A stretch of DNA of 43,108 nucleotides from a virus (lineage: Duplodnaviria; Caudoviricetes). The DNA lies in IMG/VR virus record IMGVR_UViG_3300032318_001718, positions 1 through 43,108 of that record. The stretch is one strand, 5' to 3'. The position numbers were made by a program, and so were the translations under genes. This document shows positions 1 to 8,003 of the stretch, one piece after another (position 1 is the stretch's first letter; every line of letters starts with the position of its first letter). The notes below the pieces were generated by a model. That model did no database searches, was not told where the DNA came from, and saw nothing but the letters and a program-made list of their open reading frames with translations.

Positions 1-1191
1 AGCAATCGCACCGCCACCGTTAATTAAAACAGGGCTATTATCAACAGAATCACAGTCGATATCAACTGCTTGCATTACCTTTGAAGATCCTACAAATTTA
101 ATACCTGTAGATCCTTCAACAGGAGTGCCACTTGGAGCGATTCTAATTTGTGCAGAACCACTTGCCGAGTTACCAGAAGAATTAATTAATAAAACTCCTT
201 GTCCTGTAGCTGTGACGCCAGAAGATGTAAGTTCAACCATATCTTCTGCGGTTTGGATACCAGTAACTTTTAACGCTACTGTAGAATTTACTCCAGAAAC
301 GATAGATGTAGCTCCGTCAGCTCCAACAGTAAATCTGTCAGAACCATCGTTCATTTGGATAAAGTATCCTGTACCCCAACCAGCCGCAGATGATTCTCCA
401 TAGAATAACGCACCGTTTGTAAGTCCGTTAGCTGTAGCAGAAACCATTTTGCCAGTTGTTAATGAGGTTGATACTAGCGCAACTAGTGAAGCACTCGTTA
501 TAGTATTGTTCGTAACAGATACTGTTGAAGCATTATCTGCGTCAGTTACTGTGATAGAACCATCAGATAATACTGCGTCACCAGCGGTAACTATTAATAT
601 GTTAGATCCTCCAGCTCCAGCCATAGTTAATGACTTAGAAGCAGCGGATGTAATGTCACTTTGTAGTTCGATTGCTCCCGTAGAAGTTCCTGCAATAGTA
701 ACTTTGCCAGTACCATTTGCATTAATCGTAAGTGCTGTGTCTGTTGCAGATCCTGCAATAGATGTAGCTAATAAAGCTCCTGCCTTAGATATAGACCAAG
801 TACTAGACGTACCATTAATGTCTTTACCAGTTCCAGAATTTGTTATTTGTATACAATCTCCCGCACTTGCCGCACCGCCCGTAACGGTTAATCCGTCATT
901 AGTTGCGTGGGTTAGAGCTAAAGTTAAAGTTGTATCATCAATAGTTAGAGTTTTATCAAGATCGTATAATGCGTCGAATGTGCTTACTCCAGATCCACCA
1001 GATAGAACATCTGATTCACTAGAGCCGTTCCAGAACTTTAAAGCACCACTTCTTACGTATAATGCGTAGTCAGTTGAAGCTGTTAAAGCTGCAGAAAGTT
1101 GAGCACCAAATCGCAAAATACCAGTTCCTGTACTTCTACCTACTGATAAGTTTGTAAAATCAGTATATTGATTACTGTTATGACTTGCCAT
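1..1191 (-). CDS. 5' part of a virion fibre/decoration-like protein that continues across the circular junction (about 556 aa when joined)
   Basis: ATG at 1191 (MASHNSNQYTDFTNLSVG...), open to base 1, G/S/T/A-rich beta-repeat composition, directly downstream of the major capsid gene; absent from the ORF track because it runs off the end. Confidence 0.8.
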   Translation of the reverse strand, partial: MASHNSNQYTDFTNLSVGRSTGTGILRFGAQLSAALTASTDYALYVRSGALKFWNGSSESDVLSGGSGVSTFDALYDLDKTLTIDDTTLTLALTHATNDGLTVTGGAASAGDCIQITNSGTGKDINGTSSTWSISKAGALLATSIAGSATDTALTINANGTGKVTIAGTSTGAIELQSDITSAASKSLTMAGAGGSNILIVTAGDAVLSDGSITVTDADNASTVSVTNNTITSASLVALVSTSLTTGKMVSATANGLTNGALFYGESSAAGWGTGYFIQMNDGSDRFTVGADGATSIVSGVNSTVALKVTGIQTAEDMVELTSSGVTATGQGVLLINSSGNSASGSAQIRIAPSGTPVEGSTGIKFVGSSKVMQAVDIDCDSVDNSPVLINGGGAIA

Positions 1192-1334
1192 TTATTAAAT
1201 TTCTTTTCTTAACCTGTATTTTTATTAATTTAAATTCTGATATATCCAGCCTACAGATTAGAGCCAACTTATCTTTTTAGAGATAAATCAGATATATCAT
1301 TGCCCTTAACCTATACAGGGCTAGGTATAAATTA

Positions 1335-2348
1335 CTAAGAACTATATGTTCCAGATCCTGTACCTTGTGAAGCACAGATACCTCTTCCAGTTGAAGCTCC
1401 AACTGAGAACATCGTGAATCCACGTACGTTAGCAGTTTTAGTTGCTTCGTCTTCATAGTCATCAGTAGTGAAAGGAGCACTCTCTAGAACTACTAAAGGC
1501 ATTTCGACGTCTTGTACCTCTTTAGCAATCATGAAATGAGCTGTAGAAGAAACGTCAGATAGCCAAGGGATAACTCTTACTTCAACATCAAATCCGTTGA
1601 ATTTTCCGAATACATTAACATCATTATCTCCAGTGCCTGGTCTGTCTTTTGAACCAACTACTCTATAAGCATCAGCTGCTTTATTTCTTGGAACCATCCA
1701 GATAACTCCTTGTTCTCCGTAATATTGTTTTTGTCCTTTATCATCTAATTGATCATAAAGATTTTGCAACATAGAATCACAAGCAGTTTCTCCAACTACT
1801 GCGTTATCTGACAATGCGTTAGACCATGTAGTAGCGTTGTGAGGAGAACATGGGTGCAATGTTGAAAATAATCTCTTACCATCTGGTAATAATGCACTTT
1901 CTGTAGTTTTATTGATTCCAGATAGATAAGTGTTTGTATCGCTAAAACCGTAGTTCAAAAGAGAGAAAGCAGCTTTTTGTTGCAATTTGTATGCTTCTGC
2001 GCCAAGTTGTTTCATTGCTCTTGTTGTTATATTAACGTCCTTACCTTGGAATTTATTCAAGATATAGCCAATTGGTAATTCTCGTGAATATCTTACTTGT
2101 ATAAATCTCTTTTCGTAACCTTCTTTTATTTCTGTTGAATCAGATCGGTCGCCGTCGTCCCATCTTGTAAGACCATCAATACCGCCAATTTCTACTATTC
2201 TATCCTCGTAATTATCAGTAGAATCTATGTAGAAAATATCTTTTCTGAAATCTTTCCCCTTTTTAAAAGAGGTTTCCATTAATGCTTTGTATCCATTAGC
2301 CCAACTTTTATATGTTTTTGGCATGGATGTAACTCCTATATTTGACAT
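1335..2348 (-). CDS. major capsid protein (HK97 fold, Mu gpT-like)
   Basis: 337 aa, DGKRLFSTLHP motif typical of this capsid family, position after scaffold and cement genes. Confidence 0.85.
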   Translation of the reverse strand: MSNIGVTSMPKTYKSWANGYKALMETSFKKGKDFRKDIFYIDSTDNYEDRIVEIGGIDGLTRWDDGDRSDSTEIKEGYEKRFIQVRYSRELPIGYILNKFQGKDVNITTRAMKQLGAEAYKLQQKAAFSLLNYGFSDTNTYLSGINKTTESALLPDGKRLFSTLHPCSPHNATTWSNALSDNAVVGETACDSMLQNLYDQLDDKGQKQYYGEQGVIWMVPRNKAADAYRVVGSKDRPGTGDNDVNVFGKFNGFDVEVRVIPWLSDVSSTAHFMIAKEVQDVEMPLVVLESAPFTTDDYEDEATKTANVRGFTMFSVGASTGRGICASQGTGSGTYSS

Positions 2349-2375
2349 GTTTGTTTTAAAATTAAATTAACTAAA

Positions 2376-2918
2376 TTATTCTGGTTGTCTTAAATGACAT
2401 TCTACAACTACTTCAGTTGTACTACCCCCGGATAGTGGATCTCTAATAATAAATTGAGTATTAGAAGAAGATGTTGACGCTGTTGATTCTGCTAGTAATG
2501 AAGAGTCAGAAGTCTTAATTGCAATGTAATAACCTTCTTTGTTAGAGCCAGTTGTAGTACCTTTTGCAGCATCTAGGGTTGCTAGTAATTGATCACCTTC
2601 TCTTAAAGGAATGTATTCAACTAGAACACCTTTAACTGTTTCGTTATTTACTGCTGCCGTGTATGATTTTGTCGAAGTTGTCCAAGCACCATCATATTTT
2701 GATGTGTCTACGGAAGCACTTTCTAAAGAAATACGGTCAGAAGTACAAATAGCTGTGGCTATACCAAATATAGCTTCTGTTATTGCATCAACATTAGCTG
2801 CACCTGTTGCTTCATCTATAATTGCATCTCCTACTTTTATTACTTCGGAGTTCTTTATTAATCTGTACCTTTTTGGTCTGGTATCATTACCATTCGTTTT
2901 ATATAGTCTAAATCCCAT
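2376..2918 (-). CDS. capsid cement/decoration protein
   Basis: 180 aa, beta-rich, between scaffold and capsid genes, MGFRLYK N-terminus. Confidence 0.6.
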   Translation of the reverse strand: MGFRLYKTNGNDTRPKRYRLIKNSEVIKVGDAIIDEATGAANVDAITEAIFGIATAICTSDRISLESASVDTSKYDGAWTTSTKSYTAAVNNETVKGVLVEYIPLREGDQLLATLDAAKGTTTGSNKEGYYIAIKTSDSSLLAESTASTSSSNTQFIIRDPLSGGSTTEVVVECHLRQPE

Positions 2919-2956
2919 GATTTTTATTAACTTTCTTATCTAAAAATTAAGAATCC

Positions 2957-3883
2957 TTACTTACGATATTTTTGATTTTTATATTCGTCTTCTGTGAGTC
3001 TTAATCGTTTGGCAATCGCTTTTTCTTCAGGGGATAAAATCTGTGATTGAGAAGATGAGGATGTAGTGGAATAACCAGATACGGATGATTGCTGTGTCAT
3101 GCTTTGTGCATTCGCTGTAGCTCTCCCTGTCTGTTCCCCCAACATCTGCGCTCTTTTGATAGCTTTTTCACGATTTTCTGGTCTAGAATAATAAGCCTCT
3201 TCCAAAGCTTCCGTATAGGTTAACTTTGAGTTCTCTCTCATTAAATCATTAGCCCAAGCATTGATAACTGTAAATTTATTACTCTTTTCTTGTAACGAGT
3301 AGTCATCATCTGATTCACTTCTAGCAAATTCAGGGAATTTGTTCACAAAATCATTAATGCTGTTACGTTGTTCTATCTTTTTAAGAACTCGTTCTTCTAT
3401 TTCCTCAGGACTTTGTACCGCCTGTTGTAGCTGTTGATCACCAGCATAATTAGATTGCGTTTGTACGCCATATCGGGTTTCATAAGCTCCTAAATCAACG
3501 CCTAAACGTTTTTGATGGCTAGCTCGGAATTTCTCCCACGCTTCTTTATCCACTTTTAGCGTAGATTCAAACTCGCTCATTGCTTGTTTGTATCTTTGCG
3601 TTTCCGTTAGTTGTTTATTTAGATCTTCAAGTTGCCTCTTAAATCGTACGTTATCACTTTCTAATTTTGCATACTTAGCTTTTTCAGCCTCGTAATTTCT
3701 CTGGACTTCGTTTTGCTCGTTCTGATTCTCAGAGAATCCTTCAGAGGAGTTATCGACGACTTCTTCTTCTTGTTGTATTACATCGTTTCCTGCGTCTTCT
3801 TGGAAGGATGTTTGGTTCATTTCGTCAGCTACCGGCGTATTGATAGAATCACCAAAGGCCTGCTGTACGTTTTGTTCGTCCAT
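2957..3883 (-). CDS. scaffolding protein
   Basis: Acidic, Q/E-rich, coiled-coil, C-terminal LSPEEKAIAKRLRLTEDEY helix-turn-helix-like tail; synteny. Confidence 0.75.
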   Translation of the reverse strand: MDEQNVQQAFGDSINTPVADEMNQTSFQEDAGNDVIQQEEEVVDNSSEGFSENQNEQNEVQRNYEAEKAKYAKLESDNVRFKRQLEDLNKQLTETQRYKQAMSEFESTLKVDKEAWEKFRASHQKRLGVDLGAYETRYGVQTQSNYAGDQQLQQAVQSPEEIEERVLKKIEQRNSINDFVNKFPEFARSESDDDYSLQEKSNKFTVINAWANDLMRENSKLTYTEALEEAYYSRPENREKAIKRAQMLGEQTGRATANAQSMTQQSSVSGYSTTSSSSQSQILSPEEKAIAKRLRLTEDEYKNQKYRK

Positions 3884-3907
3884 AGTTGTTATTTTATTGG
3901 TAGATTA

Positions 3908-3999
3908 AAACTCTGCGAATAAGAGAACTCTTAGAACTAAACAGGGAACCCTGCAAGGAAACCCTGCCTAGTATGACAGAATTATTATTCGCAGGGTTT
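3908..3999 (-). promoter_or_regulatory. structured 5' leader of the scaffold/capsid transcript
   Basis: Inverted repeat AAACTCTGCGAATAA (3908-3922) / TTATTCGCAGGGTTT (3985-3999) enclosing an inner CTAGGCAGGG/CCCTGTTTAG stem on the minus strand. Confidence 0.55.
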
Positions 4000-4008
4000 A
4001 ATTTATAT

Positions 4009-4040
4009 ATGTATAGCGATAACAATTGGTAAAAGTCAAA
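4009..4040 (-). promoter_or_regulatory. putative late promoter (TTGACT-18-TATACA)
   Basis: Shares TTWACYTTTASCAA-like motif and TATACAT spacing with the site upstream of the portal gene. Confidence 0.55.
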
Positions 4041-4403
4041 TTACTTAGTTGGTTTGGGGGCCTTTCTTTTCGCCAACTCCTTATAAGCACCTTTTATTAC
4101 TTTTTCCATAATCTCCACATAAGCTTCATATTTACCACGTACACGAGCAATTTCACAAGCTACCTTGGATTTATTTTGTCGATATGAATTACTCGTAACT
4201 AAAGCAGTACAATTGCTATTGTGCATTTCCTTAAACATTTTAAATAATAATTCCAAAACATCTGGATCATTGAACTTACATAGTTTTTCGAGATCAGAGG
4301 TCTTGTAATTATCCCAACTAAAGGTATTAACAGTTCTTATACTATTTCCCCGAGGAGAAAATAATTGTCTTAATTTATCTTTAATAATATCTATTATTTG
4401 CAT
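4041..4403 (-). CDS. hypothetical protein between portal and scaffold
   Basis: 120-aa ORF packed 7 nt downstream of the portal stop. Confidence 0.7.
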   Translation of the reverse strand: MQIIDIIKDKLRQLFSPRGNSIRTVNTFSWDNYKTSDLEKLCKFNDPDVLELLFKMFKEMHNSNCTALVTSNSYRQNKSKVACEIARVRGKYEAYVEIMEKVIKGAYKELAKRKAPKPTK

Positions 4404-4410
4404 ATATATT

Positions 4411-6798
4411 TTATTGTATTTGTGGCATTTGGCTTTGCATTCCTAATTGTTGATATTCTTCTGGTACTCCCTGCCCTGGCATAGCGACATCTGGTGACAT
4501 AGGTCGTCCATTTTGTGGCATTTGAGGTGGTTGACTCATTTGAGGTGGCATTGGTGGCTGTGCAACAGACATGCCAGCCTGTTTTGGAGTATCATCAGTT
4601 ATTAGATGTTGATATATATTACCTAATATATATTGTATAGAAGCTTTCGTATTTGGATCTATAGACGGATCATTAAGTTTAGATATTAAATCTATAGACG
4701 CTGAGATGTGTACTAATTTATGTTCATCACTCTCTCCTAATTGCCCGGGGATAATCTCTCCTTTTAATAATAACTCCGTTTGCATATTGGCTTCTTCTAC
4801 ATTATTACTATTAGAAGTCTCACGGAATTGTTCTAGTATCTTATCCTTATAATCTGGAGACAATAGATTTATATAAGATTTTATTAATTCATTCGCACCA
4901 GGAGCCTGCAACAATACTGGATTTTGCCAGAATGGTAACAATGCTGTAATTGCCTCCTGTACTTTAGATAATCTTAATGAAGGTGATACTAGAGGGAATG
5001 ACGCAACATCGATTTCTATCTCTATCTCTCCTAGTAATTTAAAATAATCATCTCGTAATTCAAAGTATTCTGGTTTGCCAGTCTCTTGCTTTTGTATTTC
5101 AACTAGTCTAGCGTTTTCGTCATCGTTTTCGTAAATAGGAGTTAGTTTTATACCATCGATTCTTATTGACTTGAACTTCTTTACACCGTCGTCAGTTGTT
5201 TCCTTTAGAAACTTTTCTGGGTATATCTGGCACATTAACGATATCTCCTGTCTAGCCGCTTCCTTTTCGCCAACTCCATAGTTAAAGATACCTTTCCTAA
5301 GCATCTTCTGAGTCGATTCCTGAGCCATTAAATTATTTCTTACAGCTTCTCCGGGATCTGGCACAGAAAATGTAATAGGATTAATACCGGATGTTCTTAC
5401 CTCTTCTTCTTTCAATACATTTCTTAATTGGAAATAGTCAAAACGTGGTGCAGAACCTTCTAACATCCTTATAGAATCATTGCCTACAGGACCGCTAAAA
5501 TCTATTACCTTACCCGGTTCAATATACTCCATGCCCTCCTCAGCATCATTGAATATATCCCTATTCACAGCAATCGCTGGGTTAAGGTTATACCACATTG
5601 TCTCTATCATCATATTCCTCGTAGCCTCGTCTGTAGACTGCAAGCCCTCTAAAAAATAAGGGAGACCTAAGCCATAAAAACTATGCTCTAAAACTACGAA
5701 TTTATGTAACACAAAAGGTATCTGCTTATGATTGAACGGAAGTGGTCCATTCCTTATTAATATATCATTAGCTATAATAATATATTTATCAGTTCTCTTA
5801 TTATAATACCTTAATACCTCAACATTATTAGACTTAGTGCCTAAATCTGTTGGCACTGTAAATAGTGGGTTAGAACCTTCATAGCTAGACGCTGCGGCCT
5901 CAGCTCCTTTAACTCTCTTGATATTCTCCTTTATAACATAAGGATCAGTAGAGTTTTCAAATTCTGATTTGAATTGGGAAAGACTTGGCAATGTCCTCCA
6001 CGTAAAATCAGTAGCTTCGTAGCTATGACCCTTCATACATCTCGCATCAGGATCAACATAACATTCAAAAATGGAAACGTGAATTCTTGCTACGTCGTCG
6101 TATTCTACAATACGTTCTTTCTTAGTTAATGGCTTACCTTTTTCTAGTCTCTTTTTTAATTTCTCTTTTGTGGCTTCATCCGTGCCGTCCATTATCTTCT
6201 TTATCTCTGCCTCTACATTAGAACTATCAGAGATAATCTTCTCTACGTCACGTACTTTCTTTATGTGGGTAATATGTTCGAAAGACGAGCCATATACAAG
6301 CGCGTCGTGGAATGCTCCAATCTGAGCCGTTTTAAAATCGCCTTTACTATGCAATAACTTGCGGACGCTTTTGATTATTTCTAGCTTTGGCTCGTCATCA
6401 TATTCCGTGGGAGTTAAAACTACATCCAAATTAGATGTTTGGAATTCTGCCATCGCAGCTTCTATAGGACTAAAAGAAGTAGCACTCTTAATATTAGAAC
6501 GCCCTTTAATATAGTGGTGCTTCATCGTGTACAGGTTCCAATCTGTTTGCCACCTATCTTCCCAAGAATAACCAGCGTTCTTAAATGTGCTGTAATCATA
6601 TTCCGATACATCTATTATGTCATCTGGAGAAGGGAACGGACAATTAGACCGTCTTGCCTGTTTCATTTCCTCAAACCTAGTACGAACTTTTTCAACAACT
6701 TTCATTTCTTTGACACTACGCCATTTACCAGCGTCGTAATCAGAGTGGTCGAATGATTGGCTGTCATCAGTAATATTATCTTTATCGTTGGATACCAT
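4411..6798 (-). CDS. portal protein (P22-like)
   Basis: 795 aa, motifs VSIFECYVDPDA, PFNHKQIPFV, FYGLGLPYFL, P/Q/M-rich C-terminal tail; synteny. Confidence 0.85.
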   Translation of the reverse strand: MVSNDKDNITDDSQSFDHSDYDAGKWRSVKEMKVVEKVRTRFEEMKQARRSNCPFPSPDDIIDVSEYDYSTFKNAGYSWEDRWQTDWNLYTMKHHYIKGRSNIKSATSFSPIEAAMAEFQTSNLDVVLTPTEYDDEPKLEIIKSVRKLLHSKGDFKTAQIGAFHDALVYGSSFEHITHIKKVRDVEKIISDSSNVEAEIKKIMDGTDEATKEKLKKRLEKGKPLTKKERIVEYDDVARIHVSIFECYVDPDARCMKGHSYEATDFTWRTLPSLSQFKSEFENSTDPYVIKENIKRVKGAEAAASSYEGSNPLFTVPTDLGTKSNNVEVLRYYNKRTDKYIIIANDILIRNGPLPFNHKQIPFVLHKFVVLEHSFYGLGLPYFLEGLQSTDEATRNMMIETMWYNLNPAIAVNRDIFNDAEEGMEYIEPGKVIDFSGPVGNDSIRMLEGSAPRFDYFQLRNVLKEEEVRTSGINPITFSVPDPGEAVRNNLMAQESTQKMLRKGIFNYGVGEKEAARQEISLMCQIYPEKFLKETTDDGVKKFKSIRIDGIKLTPIYENDDENARLVEIQKQETGKPEYFELRDDYFKLLGEIEIEIDVASFPLVSPSLRLSKVQEAITALLPFWQNPVLLQAPGANELIKSYINLLSPDYKDKILEQFRETSNSNNVEEANMQTELLLKGEIIPGQLGESDEHKLVHISASIDLISKLNDPSIDPNTKASIQYILGNIYQHLITDDTPKQAGMSVAQPPMPPQMSQPPQMPQNGRPMSPDVAMPGQGVPEEYQQLGMQSQMPQIQ

Positions 6799-6820
6799 AC
6801 AGTATATAGACTTATATAGA

Positions 6821-6852
6821 ATGTATAAGGATAATTGTTGCTAAAGGTAAAG
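6821..6852 (-). promoter_or_regulatory. putative late promoter (TTTACC-18-TATACA)
   Basis: Second copy of the motif at 4009-4040, upstream of the portal gene. Confidence 0.55.
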
Positions 6853-6885
6853 AGCCTCTAAGTCTTCTAGGTTTTAGATTGTATT

Positions 6886-7314
6886 TCATTTAACTGTTTT
6901 TAAAATGAGTTCGCACGCCTCCCATAATACATCGCATGGTTCCACGCCGAGTATATTAATGCCTAATTTTTCTGATCTTATTTCCCAATCTTCGCCACAG
7001 TAAGTTATTGTAATATCTTCCTTGTCGTTGTGGTCTTGGATAAATTCAATCATCTGAGTAATAGATAAAAGAGGATAAACAGTTAAATGTTCAAATTGCA
7101 TTGCACCGATGTAATGCCGAAGTTTTTTAGCATTCTGGCCAGTAAAGTAAAATGCCCCGGTATATGGACGGTTTACCACAAAAACTTCGTATTCTTTTTT
7201 ATTTTTTTTGAAAAAAGCTATGTCTGTTGACAATGGCTTCCACCAATTCCATAAATATAATTTTGACGCTTCGCTAAGCTCATTAAATTGGTCTGGTGTT
7301 ATATGTGGTTTCAT
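6886..7314 (-). CDS. hypothetical phage protein
   Basis: 142-aa ORF; HIT..Q..EL / PLLSI.QMIEF / CD.LWEA pattern resembles an uncharacterised family. Confidence 0.7.
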   Translation of the reverse strand: MKPHITPDQFNELSEASKLYLWNWWKPLSTDIAFFKKNKKEYEVFVVNRPYTGAFYFTGQNAKKLRHYIGAMQFEHLTVYPLLSITQMIEFIQDHNDKEDITITYCGEDWEIRSEKLGINILGVEPCDVLWEACELILKTVK

Positions 7315-7323
7315 AATATGAAT

Positions 7324-7668
7324 TTATATTTTTTCCGAATCATAAACTACAAGGATTCCTGCTTGATGGAAAAGGCCATCTTTTATTAAATAAAAAGGCA
7401 TAACAACAGAATGTCTATTTAACATACCTCGTGTTTTTTCATTAATATCTATTTCATCAATATCTTGTATAAAATAAACATCAATTATTTTAATCGGAGG
7501 TAGTTCTAAAACTAAATTACACGCACTTAGTTCATATAAATGACGTATCAGTTTTTCCTGAATAAACTTAGCGTGTGATTTCAAGCCCTCATCCATAGGC
7601 AGTTTATTTAGATAATCTAAAACGCCTAAACCCTCAATTTTTTGTCTATAATTTAAGTTATATTTCAT
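7324..7668 (-). CDS. hypothetical protein
   Basis: 114-aa ORF, tightly packed in the operon. Confidence 0.65.
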   Translation of the reverse strand: MKYNLNYRQKIEGLGVLDYLNKLPMDEGLKSHAKFIQEKLIRHLYELSACNLVLELPPIKIIDVYFIQDIDEIDINEKTRGMLNRHSVVMPFYLIKDGLFHQAGILVVYDSEKI

Positions 7669-7674
7669 TTAGTT

Positions 7675-7977
7675 TTATAAAAATGTTGTTGGATTGTAAA
7701 AACTTCTCGAATATCGCCAACTGTCTGCGGCGGACTTTCCATTACAATTAATACAATCATATTCATCAACTTTAAAGTAGTTTCTTAAAAGTTCCCATGG
7801 ATATGAGGAATCTGCTTTAGATTCTAACTTCTCTGCATATATAATGAGTAATTTGTTTTTTGTGAGTTTGACTATATTAATAAGATTGTCCCGTCCTATT
7901 GCGTTTAGTCTTGATTCTAGGATTTCTGTAGGGTTTTTATATATATCTAGTTTGTATTCTTCGCAGTGAATTTTCAT
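7675..7977 (-). CDS. hypothetical protein
   Basis: 100-aa ORF, tightly packed in the operon. Confidence 0.6.
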   Translation of the reverse strand: MKIHCEEYKLDIYKNPTEILESRLNAIGRDNLINIVKLTKNKLLIIYAEKLESKADSSYPWELLRNYFKVDEYDCINCNGKSAADSWRYSRSFYNPTTFL

Positions 7978-8003
7978 AATATTTATTGGATTTGATTATA
8001 CAC

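Noticed and set aside
125-1069. Plus-strand ORFs 125..403 and 449..1069
   Set aside because: Antisense shadows of the minus-strand fibre gene 1..1191; non-ATG starts and no motifs
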